Shown: positions 24,901 to 37,199 of the stretch, piece after piece
How positions within the stretch are numbered: the stretch's first letter is position 1
How the letters are laid out: the number at the start of each line of letters is the position of its first letter
Assembly (NCBI GenBank): GCA_964016885.1
Contig: OZ024744.1
Coordinates: 15,934,001-15,998,000, forward strand
Origin: Eledone cirrhosa
Taxonomy: Eukaryota
Length of the DNA stretch: 64,000 bases
Direction of reading: 5' to 3'
Translations under genes and position numbers: made by a program
The notes under the pieces: model-generated
What the model saw: the letters and a program-made list of their open reading frames with translations, nothing else
Told to the model about the DNA's origin: nothing
Database searches by the model: none

Positions 24901-27900
24901 GTTGGAGAAGGAGAGTATGAAGGAAGTTGAAGGAGGAGAATATGAAGGAAGTTGAAGAAGGAGAATCAGAAGGAAGTTGGAGAAGGAGAGTATGAGGAAG
25001 TTGGAGGAGGAGAATCTGAAGGAAGTTGGAGAAGGAGAGTATGAAGGAAGTTGAAGGAGAAGAATATGAAGGAAGTTGAAGAAGGAGAATCTGAAGGAAG
25101 TTGGAGAAGGAGAGTATGAAGGAAGTTGAAGAAGGAGAATCTGAAGGAAGTTGGAGGAGAGTATGAAGGAAGTTGGAGAAGGAGAGTATGAAGGAAGTTG
25201 AAGGAGGAGAATATGAAGGAAGTTGAAGAAGGAGAAACAGAAGGAAGTTGGAGAAGGAGAGTATGAAGGATGTTGAAAAAGGAGAATTTGAAAGAAGTTG
25301 GAGAAGGAGAGTATGAAGGAAGTTGGAGAAGGAGAATATGAAGGAAGTTGGACAAGGAGAGTATGAAGGAAGTTGGAGAAGGAGAACATGAAGAAAGTTG
25401 AAGGAAGAAAATATGAAGGAAGTTGGAGGAGGAGAATATGAAGGAAGTTGGAGAAGGAGAATATGAAGGAAGTTGGAGAAGGAAAATATGAAGGATGTTG
25501 GAGAAGGATAATATGAAAGAAGTTGGAGAAGGAGAGTATGAAGGAAGTTGTAGAAGGAGCGTATGAAGGAAGTTGGAGAAGGAGATTATGAAGGAAGTTG
25601 GAGAAGGAGAGTATGAAGGAAGTTGCAGAAGGAGCGTATGAAGGAAGTTGGAGAAGGAGAGTATGAAGGAAGTTGAAGGAAGAAAATATGAAGGAAGTTG
25701 GAGGAGGAGAATATGAAGGAATTTGGAGAAGGAAAATATGAAGGATGTTGGAGAAGGATAATATGAAAGAAGTTGGAGAAGGAGAGTATGAAGGAAGTTG
25801 TAGAAGGAGCGTATGAAGGAAGTTGGGGAAGAAGGTATGAAGGAAGTTGGAGAAGGAGAGTATGAAGGAAGTTGGAGAAGCAGAGTATGAAGGAAGTTGG
25901 AGAAGGAGAGTATGAAGTAAGTTGGAGAAGGAGAGTATGAAGGACGTTGAAGAAGGAGAATCTGAAGGAAGTTGGAGAAGGAGAGTATGAAGGAAGTTGG
26001 GGGAGGAGAATATGAAGGAAGTTGAAGGAGGAGAATATGAACGAAGTTGAAGAAGGAGAATATGAAGGAAGTTGAAGGAGGAGAATATGAAGGAAGTTGA
26101 AGAAGGAGAATCAGAAGGAAGTTGGAGAAGGAGAGAATGAAGGAAGTTGAATAAGGAGAATCTGAAAGAAGTTGGAGAAGGAGAGTATGAAGGAAGTTGG
26201 AGAAGGAGAATCTGAAGGAAGTTGGAGAAGGAGAGTATGAAGGAAGTTGAAGGTGAAGTATATGAAGGAAGTTGAAGAAGGAGAATCTGAAGGAAGTTGG
26301 AGAAAATGAGTATGAAGGAAGTTGGGGAAGAAGGTATGAAGGAAGTTGGAGAAGAAGAATATGAATTAAGTTGGGGAAGAAGGTATGAAAGAAGTTGGAG
26401 AAGGAGAGTATGAAGGAAGTTGGAGAAGGAGCTTATGTAGGAAGTTGGAGAAGGAGAGTATGAAGGAAGTTGGAGAAGGAGCGTATGATGGAAGTTGGAG
26501 AAGGAGATTATGAAGGAAGTTGAATAAGGAGAATATGAAGGAAGTTGGAGAAGGAGAGTGTGAAGGAAGTTGGAGAAGGAGAGTATGAAGGGGGCTGGAG
26601 GAGCAGAATATGAAGGAAGTTGGAGAAGGAGAGTATGAAGGAAGTTGGAGAAGTAGAATATGAAGGAAGTTGGGGAAGAAGGTATGAAGGAAGTTGGAGA
26701 AGGAGAGTATGAAGGAAGTTGAAAAAGGAGAATCTGAAAGAAGTTGGAGAAGGAGAGTATGAAGGAAGTTGGAGAAGGAGAATATGAAGGAAGTTGGAGG
26801 AGGAGAACATGAAGGAAGTTGGAGAAGGAGAGTATGAAGGAAGTTGGAGAAGGAGAGTATGAAGGAAGTTGGAGAAGGAGAGTATGAAGGAAGTTGGAGA
26901 AGGAGAATATGAAGGAAGTTGAAGGAGTAGAATATGAAGACAGTTGGAAAAGGAGAGTATGAAGGAAGTTGGAGAAGGAGAATCAGAAGGAATTCGGAGA
27001 AGGAGAGTATGAAGGAAGTTGAAGGAGGAGAATATGAAGGAAGTTGAAGAAGGAGAATCTGAAGGAAGTTGGAGAAGGAGAGTATGAAGGAAGTTGAAGA
27101 AAGAGAATCTGAAGGAAGTTGGAGAAGGAGAGTATGAAGGAAGTTGGGGGAGGAGAACATGAAGGAAGTTGAAGTAGGAGAATATGAACGAAGTTGGAGA
27201 AGGAGAAACATGAAGGAATTTGAAGGGGGAGAATATGAAGGAAGTTGAAGAAGGAGAATCAGAAAGAAGTTGGAAAAGGATAGTATGAAAGAATTTGGTG
27301 AAGGAGAATATGAAGGAAGTTGGAGAAGGAGAGAATGAAGGAAGTTGAAGGAGGAGAATATGAAGTAAGTTGAAGAAGGAGAATCTGAAGGAAGTTGGAG
27401 AAGGAGAGTATGAAGGAAGTTGAAGAAGGAGAATCTGAAGGAAGTTGGAGAAGGAGAATATGAAGGAAGTTGGAGGAGAGTATGAAGGAAGTTGGAGAAG
27501 GAGAATATGAAGGAAGTTGAAGGAGGGGAATATAAACGAATTTGGAGAAGGAGAATATGAACGAAGTTGGAGAAGGAGAGTATGAAGGAAGTTGGAGAAG
27601 GAGAATATGAAGGAAATTGAAGGAGGAGAATATGAACGAAGTTGGAGAAGGAGAGTATGATGGAAGTTGAAGGAGGAGAATATGAAGGAAGTTGAAGAAG
27701 GAGAATCAGAAGGAAGTTGGAGAAGGAGAGTATGAAGGAAGTTGAAGAAGGAGAATCTGAAGGAAGTTGGAGGAGAGTATGAAGGAAGTTGGAGAAGGAG
27801 AGTATGAAGGAAGTTGAAGGAGGAGAATATGAAGGAAGTTGAAGAAGGAGAAACAGAAGGAAGTTGGAGAAGGAGAGTATGAAGGATGTTGAAAAAGGAG

Positions 27901-30900
27901 AATTTGAAAGAAGTTGGAGAAGGAGAGTATGAAGGAAGTTGGAGAAGGAGAATATGAAGGAAGTTGGAGGAGAGTATGAAGGAAGTTGGAGAAGGAGAGT
28001 ATGAAGGAAGTTGAAGGAGGAGAATATGAAGGAAGTTGAAGAAGGAGAATCAGAAGGAAGTTGGAGAAGGAGAGTATGAAGGATGTTGAAAAAGGAGAAT
28101 TTAAAAGAAGTTGGAGAAGGAGAGTATGAAGGAAGTTGGAGAAGGAGAATATGAAGGAAGTTGGACAAGGAGAGTATGAAGGAAGTTGGAGAAGGAGAAC
28201 ATGAAGAAAGTTGAAGGAAGAAAATATGAAGGAAGTTGGAGGAGGAGAATATGAAGGAAGTTGGGGAAGGAGAATATGAAGGAAGTTGGAGAAGGAAAAT
28301 ATGAAGGATGTTGGAGAAGGATAATATGAAAGAAGTTGGAGAAGGAGAGTATGAAGGAAGTTGTAGAAGGAGCGTATGAAGGAAGTTGGAGAAGGAGATT
28401 ATGAAGGAAGTTGGAGAAGGAGAGTATGAAGGAAGTTGCAGAAGGAGCGTATGAAGGAAGTTGGAGAAGGAGAGTATGAAGGAAGTTGAAGGAAGAAAAT
28501 ATGAAGGAAGTTGGAGGAGGAGAATATGAAGGAATTTGGAGAAGGAAAATATGAAGGATGTTGGAGAAGGATAATATGAAAGAAGTTGGAGAAGGAGAGT
28601 ATGAAGGAAGTTGTAGAAGGAGCGTATGAAGGAAGTTGGGGAAGAAGGTATGAAGGAAGTTGGAGAAGGAGAGTATGAAGGAAGTTGGAGAAGCAGAGTA
28701 TGAAGGAAGTTGGAGAAGGAGAGTATGAAGTAAGTTGAAGAAGGAGAATAAGAAGGAAGTTGGAGAAGGAGAGTATGAAGGAAGTTGTAGGAGGAGAATA
28801 TGAAGGAATTTGAAGAAGGAGAATCTGAAGGAAGTTGGAGAAAGAGAGTATGAAGGAAGTTGAAGGAGGAGAATATGAAGGAAGTTGAAGGAGGAGAATA
28901 TGAAGGAAGTTGAAGAAAGAGAATCTGAAGGAAGTTGGAGAAGGAGAGTATGAAGGACGTTGAAGAAGGAGAATCTGAAGGAAGTTGGAGAAGGAGAGTA
29001 TGAAGGAAGTTGGGGGAGGAGAATATGAAGGAAGTTGAAGGAGGAGAATATGAACGAAGTTGAAGAAGGAGAATATGAAGGAAGTTGAAGGAGGAGAATA
29101 TGAAGGAAGTTGAAGAAGGAGAATCAGAAGGAAGTTGGAGAAGGAGAGAATGAAGGAAGTTGAATAAGGAGAATCTGAAAGAAGTTGGAGAAGGAGAGTA
29201 TGAAGGAAGTTGGAGAAGGAGAATCTGAAGGAAGTTGGAGAAGGAGAGTATGAAGGAAGTTGAAGGTGAAGTATATGAAGGAAGTTGAAGAAGGAGAATC
29301 TGAAGGAAGTTGGAGAAAATGAGTATGAAGGAAGTTGGGGAAGAAGGTATGAAGGAAGTTGGAGAAGAAGAATATGAATTAAGTTGGGGAAGAAGGTATG
29401 AAAGAAGTTGGAGAAGGAGAATATGAAGGAAGTTGAATGAGGAGAATATGAAGGAAGTTGAAGAAGAATATGAAAGAAGTTGGAGAAGGAGAGTATGCAG
29501 GAAGTTAGAGAAGGAGAGTGTGATTGAAGTTGGAGAAGGAGAGTATGAAGGAAGTTGGAGAAGGAGAATATGAAGGAAGTTGGAAAAGGAGAGTATGAAG
29601 GAGGTTGGAGGAGGAGAGTATGAAAGAAGTTGGAGATGGAGAATATGAAGGAAGTTGGAGAAGGATAATATGAAGGAAGTTGGAGGAGGAGAGTATGAAG
29701 GAAGTTGGAGAAGGAGAATCTGACGGACGTTGGAGAAGGAGAGTAGGAAAGAAGTTGGAGAAGGATAATATGAAGGAAGTTGGATAAGGAGAATATGACG
29801 GAAGTTGAAGGAGGAGAATATTAAAGAAGTTGGAAAAGGAGAGTATGAAGGAAGTTGGAGAAAGAGAATCTGAAGGAAGTTGGAGAAGGAGCTTATGTAG
29901 GAAGTTGGAGAAGGAGAGTATGAAGGAAGTTGGAGAAGGAGCGTATGATGGAAGTTGGAGAAGGAGATTATGAAGGAAGTTGAATAAGGAGAATATGAAG
30001 GAAGTTGGAGAAGGAGAGTGTGAAGGAAGTTGGAGAAGGAGAGTATGAAGGGGGCTGGAGGATCAGAATATGAAGGAAGTTGGAGAAGGAGAGTATGAAG
30101 GAAGTTGGAGAAGTAGAATATGAAGGAAGTTGGGGAAGAAGGTATGAAGGAAGTTGGAGAAGGAGAGTATGAAGGAAGTTGAAAAAGGAGAATCTGAAAG
30201 AAGTTGGAGAAGGAGAGTATGAAGGAAGTTGGAGAAGGAGAATATGAAGGAAGTTGGAGGAGGAGAACATGAAGGAAGTTGGAGAAGGAGAGTATGAAGG
30301 AAGTTGGAGAAGGAGAGTATGAAGGAAGTTGGAGAAGGAGAGTATGAAGGAAGTTGGAGAAGGAGAATATGAAGGAAGTTGAAGGAGTAGAATATGAAGA
30401 AAGTTGGAAAAGGAGAGTATGAAGGAAGTTGGAGAAGGAGAATCAGAAGGAATTCGGAGAAGGAGAGTATGAAGGAAGTTGAAGGAGGAGAATATGAAGG
30501 AAGTTGAAGAAGGAGAATCTGAAGGAAGTTGGAGAAGGAGAGTATGAAGGAAGTTGAAGAAAGAGAATCTGAAGGAAGTTGGAGAAGGAGAGTATGAAGG
30601 AAGTTGGGGGAGGAGAACATGAAGGAAGTTGAAGTAGGAGAATATGAACGAAGTTGGAGAAGGAGAAACATGAAGGAATTTGAAGGGGGAGAATATGAAG
30701 GAAGTTGAAGAAGGAGAATCAGAAAGAAGTTGGAAAAGGATAGTATGAAAGAATTTGGTGAAGGAGAATATGAAGGAAGTTGAAGGAGGAGAATATGAAG
30801 GAAGTTGAAGAAGGAGAAACAGAAGGAAGTTGGAGAAGGAGAGTATGAAGGATGTTGAAAAAGGAGAATTTGAAAGAAGTTGGAGAAGGAGAGAATGAAG

Positions 30901-31560
30901 GAAGTTGAAGGAGGAGAATATGAAGTAAGTTGAAGCAGGAGAATCTGAAGGAAGTTGGAGAAGGAGAGTATGAAGGAAGTTGAAGAAGGAGAATCTGAAG
31001 GAAGTTGGAGAAGGAGAATATGAAGGAAGTTGGAGGAGAGTATGAAGGAAGTTGGAGAAGGAGAATATGAAGGAAGTTGAAGGAGGGGAATATAAACGAA
31101 TTTGGAGAAGGAGAATATGAACGAAGTTGGAGAAGGAGAGTATGAAGGAAGTTGAAGGAGGAGAATATGAAGGAAGTTGAAGAAGGAGAATCAGAAGGAA
31201 GTTGGAGAAGGAGAGTATGAGGAAGTTGGAGGAGGAGAATCTGAAGGAAGTTGGAGAAGGAGAGTATGAAGGAAGTTGAAGGAGAAGAATATGAAGGAAG
31301 TTGAAGAAGGAGAATCTGAAGGAAGTTGGAGAAGGAGAGTATGAAGGAAGTTGAAGAAGGAGAATCTGAAGGAAGTTGGAGGAGAGTATGAAGGAAGTTG
31401 GAGAAGGAGAGTATGAAGGAAGTTGAAGGAGGAGAATATGAAGGAAGTTGAAGAAGGAGAAACAGAAGGAAGTTGGAGAAGGAGAGTATGAAGGATGTTG
31501 AAAAAAGAGAATTTGAAAGAAGTTGGAGAAGGAGAGTATGAAGGAAGTTGGAGAAGGAGA
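21950..31560 (+). repeat. Patchwork of 1-2.6-kb duplicated blocks (offsets 2,740, 2,813, 3,460, 6,200-6,250 bp) forming the B-to-A domain transition
   Basis: Identical 100-aa ORFs at 23768 and 26508, with a third copy ending at 29968. TGATTGAAGT at 23271 and 29521. GAGAACATGAAGAAAGTTGAAGGAAG with its C at 25387 and 28200. GAATTCGGAG and the 26-bp GGAGAAACATG monomer occur in three copies near 24.3-24.5, 27.0-27.2 and 30.4-30.7 kb. Confidence 0.82.
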
Positions 31561-34500
31561 ATATGAAGGAAGTTGGAGGAGAGTATGAAGGAAGTTGGAG
31601 AAGGAGAGTATGAAGGAAGTTGAAGGAGGAGAATATGAAGGAAGTTGAAGAAGGAGAATCAGAAGGAAGTTGGAGAAGGTGAGTATGAAGGATGTTGAAA
31701 AAGGAGAATTTGAAAGAAGTTGGAGAAGGAGAGTATGAAGGAAGTTGGAGAAGGAGAATATGAAGTAAGTTGAAGATGGAGAGTATGAAGGAAGTTGGAG
31801 AAGGAGAACATGAAGAAAGTTGAAGGAGGAGAATATGAAGGAAGATGGAGGAGGAGAGTATGAAGGAAGTTGGAGAAGGAGAGTATGAAGGAAGTTGGAG
31901 AAGGAGAATCTGAAGGAAGTTTGAGAAGGAGAGTATGAAGGAAGTTGAAGGAGAAGAATATGAAGGAAGTTGAAGAAGGAGAAACAGAAGGAAGTTGGAG
32001 AAGGAGAGTATGAAGGATGTTGAAAAAGGAGAATTTGAAAGAAGTTGGAGAAGGAGAGTATGAAGGAAGTTGGAGAAGGAGAATATGAAGGAAGTTGGAG
32101 GACAGTATGAAGGAAGTTTGAGAAGGAGAGTATGAAGGAAGTTGAAGGAGGAGAATATGAAGGAAGTTGAAGAAGGAGAAACAGAAGGAAGTTGGAGAAG
32201 GAGAGTATGAAGGATGTTGAAAAAGGAGAATTTGAAAGAAGTTGGAGAAGGAGAGTATGAAGGAAGTTTGAGAAGGAGAGTATGAAGGAAGTTGAAGTAA
32301 GAGAATCTGAAGGAAGTTGGACAAGGAGAGTATGAAGGAAGTTGGAGAAGGAGAACATGAAGAAAGTTGAAGGAGGAGAATATAAACGAATTTGGAGGAG
32401 ACTATGAAGGAAGTTGGAGAAGGATAATATGAAGGAAGTTGGAGAAGGAGAGTATGAAGGAAGTTTGAGAAGGAGAGTATGAAGGAAGTTGGAGAAGGAG
32501 AATCTGAAGGAAGTTTGAGAAGGAGAGTATGAAGGAAGTTGAAGGAGAAGAATATGAAGGAAGTTGAAGTAAGAGAATCTGAAGGAAGTTGGAGAAGGAG
32601 AACATGAAGGAAGTTGAAGGAGGAGAATATGAAGGAAGTTGGAGAAGGAGAATCAGAAGGAAGTTGGAGAAGCACAGAATGAAGGAAGTTGAAGAAGGAG
32701 AATCTGAAAGAAGTTGGAGAAGGAGAGTATGAAGGAAGTTGAAGAAGGAGAATCTGAAGGAAGTTGGAGAAGGAGAGTATGAAGGAAGTTGAAGGAGAAG
32801 AATATGAAGGAAGTTGAAGAAGGAGAATCTGAAGGAAGTTGGAGAAGGAGAGTATGAAGGAAGTTGGAGAAGGAGAGTATGAAGGAAGTTGGAGAAGGAG
32901 AGTATGAAGGAAGTTGAAGGAGGAGAATATGAAGTAAGTTGAAGAAGGAGAATCTGAAGGAAGTTGGAGGAGAGTATGAAGGAAGTTGGAGAAGGAGAAT
33001 ATGAAGGAAGTTGAAGGAGGAGAATATAAACGAATTTGGAGGAGACTATGAAGGAAGTTGGAGAATGAAAATCTGAAGGAAGTTGGAGAAGGAGAGTATG
33101 AAGGAAGTTTGAGAAGGAGAAACTGAAGGAAGTTGGAGAAGGAGAGTACGAAGGAAGATGAAGGAGAAGAATATGAAGGAAGTTGAAGAAGGAGCATCTG
33201 AAGGAAGTTGGAGAAGGAGAGTATGAAGGAAGTTAGAGAAGGAGAATATGAAGGAAATTGAAGGAGGAGAATATGGACGAAGTTGGAGAAGGAGAATATG
33301 AAGGAAGTTGAAGGAGGAGAATATTAAGGAAGTTGAAGAAGGAGAATCAGAAGGAAGTTGGAGAAGGAGAGTATGAAGGAAGTTGAAGAAGGAGAATCTG
33401 AAGGAAGTTGGAGGAGAGTATGAAGGAAGTTGGAGAAGGAGAGTATGAAGGAAGTTGAAGGAGGAGAATATGAACGAAGTTGGAGAAGGAGAATATGAAG
33501 GAAGTTGAAGTAGGAGAATATGAAGGAAGTTGAAGAAGGAGAATCAGAAGGAAGTTGGAGAAGGAGAGTATGAAGGAAGTTGAAACAGGAGAATCTGAAA
33601 GAAGTTAGAGAAGTAGAGTATGAAGGAAGTTGGAGAAGGAGAATATGAAGGATGTTGAAGGAGGAGAATATGAAGGAAGTTGGAGAAGGAGAGTATGAAG
33701 GAAGTTGGAGAAGGAGAATATGAAGAAAGTTGGAGAAGGAGAGTATGAAGGAAGTTGAAGGAGAAGAATATGTAGGAAGTTGAAGAAGGAGAATCTGAAG
33801 GAAGTTGGAGAAGGAGAGTATGAAGGTATTTGGAGAAGCAGAGTATGAAGGAAGTTGGAGAAGGAGAGTATGAAGGAAGTTGAAGGAGGAGAATATGAAG
33901 TAAGTTGAAGAAGGAGAATCTGAAGGAAGTTGGAGGAGAGTATGAAGGAAGTTGGAGAAGGAGAATATGAAGGAAGTTGAAGGAGGAGAATATAAACGAA
34001 TTTGGAGAAGGAGAGTATGAAGGAAGTTGGAGAATGAGAATCTGAAGGAAGTTGGAGAAGGAGAGTATGAAGGAAGTTTGAGAAGGAGAATCTGAAGGAT
34101 GTTGGAGAAGGAGAGTACGAAGGATTTGAAGGAGAAGAATATGAAGGAAGTTGAAGAAGGAGAATCTGAAGGAAGTTGGAGAAGGAGAGTATGAAGGAAG
34201 TTGGAGAAGGAGAATATGAAGGAAATTGAAAGAGGAGAATATGAACGAAGTTGGAGAAGGAGAATATGAAGGAAGTTGAAGAAGGAGAATCTGAAGGAAG
34301 TTGGAGGAGAGTATGAAGGAAGTTGGAGAAGGAGAGTATGAAGGAAGTTGAAGGAGGAGAATATGAACGAAGTTGGAGAAGGAGAATATGAAGGAAGTTG
34401 AAGAAGGGGAATCAGAAGGAAGTTGGAGAAGGAGAGTATGAAGGAAGTTGGAGAAGGAGAATATGAAGGAAGTTGAAGGAGGAGAATATGAAGGAATTTG

Positions 34501-36010
34501 GAGAAGGAGAGTATGAAGGAAGTTGGAGAAGGAGAATATGAAGGAAGTTGGAGAAGTAGAGTATGAAGGAAGTTGGAGAAGGAGAATATGAAGAAAGTTG
34601 AAGGAGGAGAGTATGAAGGAAGTTGGAGAAGGAGAGTATGAAGGAAGTTGAAAAAGGAGAATCTGAAGGAAGTTGGGGAAGGAGAGTATGAAGGAAGTTG
34701 AAGGAGAAGAATATGAAGGAAGTTGAAGAAAGAGAATACGAAGGAAATGGAGGAGGAGAATATGAAGGAAGTTGAAGGAGGAGAATATGAAGGAAGTTGG
34801 AGAAGGAGAATCAGAAGGAAGTTGGAGAAGCACAGAATGAAGGAAGTTGAAGAAGGAGAATCTGAAAGAAGTTGGAGAAGGAGAGTATGAAGGAAGTTGA
34901 AGAAGGAGAATCTGAAGGAAGTTGGAGAAGGAGAGTATGAAGGAAGTTGGAGAAGGAGAGTATGAAGGAAGTTGGAGAAGGAGAGTATGAAGGAAGTTGA
35001 AGGAGGAGAATATGAAGTAAGTTGAAGATGGAGAATCTGAAGGAAGTTGGAGGAGAATATGAAGGATGTTGGAGAAGGAGAATATGAAGGAAGTTGAAGA
35101 AGGAGAATATAAACGAATTTGGAGAAGGAGAGTATGAAGGAAGTTGGAGAATGAGAATCTGAAGGAAGTTGGAGAAGGAGAGTATGAAGGAAGTTTGAGA
35201 AGGAGAATCTGAAGTAAGTTGGAGAAGGAGAGTACGAAGGAAGTTGAAGGAGAAGAATATGAAGGAAGTTGAAGAAGGAGAATCTGAAGGAAGTTGGAGA
35301 AGGAGAATATAAAGGAAATTGAAGGAGGAGAATGTGGACGAAGTTGGAGAAGGAGAATATGAAGGAAGTTGAAGGAGGAGAATATTAAGGAAGTTGAAGA
35401 AGGAGAATCAGAAGGAAGTTGGAGAAGGAGAATATGAAGGAAGTTGAAGGAGGAGAATATAAACGAATTTGGAGAAGGAGAGTATGAAGGAAGTTGGAGA
35501 ATGAGAATCTGAAGGAAGTTGGAGAAGGAGAGTATAAAGGAAGTTTGAGAAGGAGAATCTGAAGGATGTTGTAGAAGGAGAGTACGAAGGAAGTTGAAGG
35601 AGAAGAATATGAAGGAAGTTGAAGTAGGAGAATCTGAAGGAAGTCGGAGAAGGAGAGTATGAAGGAAGTTGGAGAAGGAGAATATGAAGGAAATTGAAGG
35701 AGGAGAATATGAACGAAGTTGGAGAAGGAGAATATGAAGGAAGTTGAAGAAGGAGAATCTGAAGGAAGTTGGAGGAGAGTATGAAGGAAGTTAGAGAAGG
35801 ATAGTATGAAGGAAGTTGAAGGAGGAGAATATGAACGAAGTTGGAGAAGGAGAATATGAAGGAAGTTGAAGAAGGAGAATCAGAAGGAAGTTGGTGAAGG
35901 AGAGTATGAAGGAAGTTGGAGAAGGAGAATATGAAGGAAGTTGGAGAAGGAGAGTATGAAGGAAGTTGGAGAAGGAGAATATGAAGAAAGTTGGAGAAGG
36001 AGAGTATGAA
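30899..36010 (+). repeat. Copy 2 of the long-range duplicated block (matches 1-5060)
   Basis: Same ordered rare variants as 1-5060: AAACAGAAGG, GATGTTGAAAAAGG, GGACAGTATG, GAAGCACAGAATG, GAGCATCTG, AGGTATTTGG, GAAGTCGGAG, GGATAGTATG. Confidence 0.88.
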
Positions 36011-37199
36011 GGAAGTTGGAGAAGGAGAATATGAAGAAAGTTGAAGGAGGAGAGTATGAAGGAAGTTGGAGAAGGAGAGTATGAAGGAAGTTGAAGAAGG
36101 AGAATCTGAAGGAAGTTGGGGAAGGAGAGTATGAAGGAAGTTGAAGGAGAAGAATATGAAGGAAGATGGAGCGGGAGAGTATGAAGGAAGTTGGAGAAGG
36201 AGAGTATGAAGGAGGTTGGAGGAGGAGCGTATGAAGGAAGTTGGAGGAGGAGAGTATGAAGGAAGTTGGAGAAGGAGAGTATGAAGGAAGTTGGAGAAGG
36301 AGAATCTGAAGGAAGTTGGAGAAGGAGAGTATGAAGGAAGTTGAAGGAGAAGAATATGTAGGAAGTTGAAGAAAGAGAATCTGAAGGAAGTTGGAGAAGG
36401 AGAGTATGAAGGAAGTTGAAGAAGGAGAGTATGAAGGAAGTTGGAGAAGGAGAGTATGAAGGAAGTTCAAGGAGGAGAATATGAAGTAAGTTGAAGAAGG
36501 AGGATCTGAAGGAAGTTGGAGGAGAATATGAAGGAAGTTGGAGAAGGAGAATATGAAGGAAGTTGAAGGAGGAGAATATAAACGAATTTGGAGAAGGAGA
36601 GTATGAAGGAAGTTGGAGAATGAGAATCTGAAGGAAGTTGGAGAAGGAGAGTATGAAGGAAGTTTGAGAAGGAGAATCTGAAGGAAGTTGGAGAAGGAGA
36701 ATCAGAAGGAAGTTGGAGAAGCACAGAATGAAGGAAGTTGAAGAAGGAGAATCTGAAAGAAGTTGGAGAAGGAGAGTATGAAGGAAGTTGAAGAAGGAGA
36801 ATCTGAAGGAAGTTGGAGAAGTAGAGTATGAAGGACGTTGAAGGAGAAGAATATGAAGGAAGTTGAAGAAAGAGAATATGAAGGAAGATGGAGGAGGAGC
36901 GTATGAAGGAAGTTGGAGGAGGAGAGTATGAAGGATGTTGGAGAAGGAGAGTATGAAGGAAGTTGGAGAAGGAGAATCTGAAGGAAGTTGGAGAAGGAGA
37001 GTATGAAGGAAGTTGAAGGAGAATATGAAGGAAGTTGGAGAAGGAGAATATGAAGGAAGTTGAAGGAGGAGAATATAAACGAATTTGGAGAAGGAGAGTA
37101 TGAAGGAAGTTGAAGGAGAAGAATATGAAGGAAGTTGAAGAAGGAGAATCTGAAGGAAGTTGGAGAAGGAGAGTCTGAAGGAAGTTGGAGAAGGAGAAT

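Noticed and set aside
6476-29730. Apparent enrichment of CpG-creating variants (GACGGACG, GAACGAAG, GTACG, GAGCGT)
   Set aside because: With G at 44% of consensus positions a new C often precedes G, and copies are inflated by duplication. Enrichment cannot be supported without a count.
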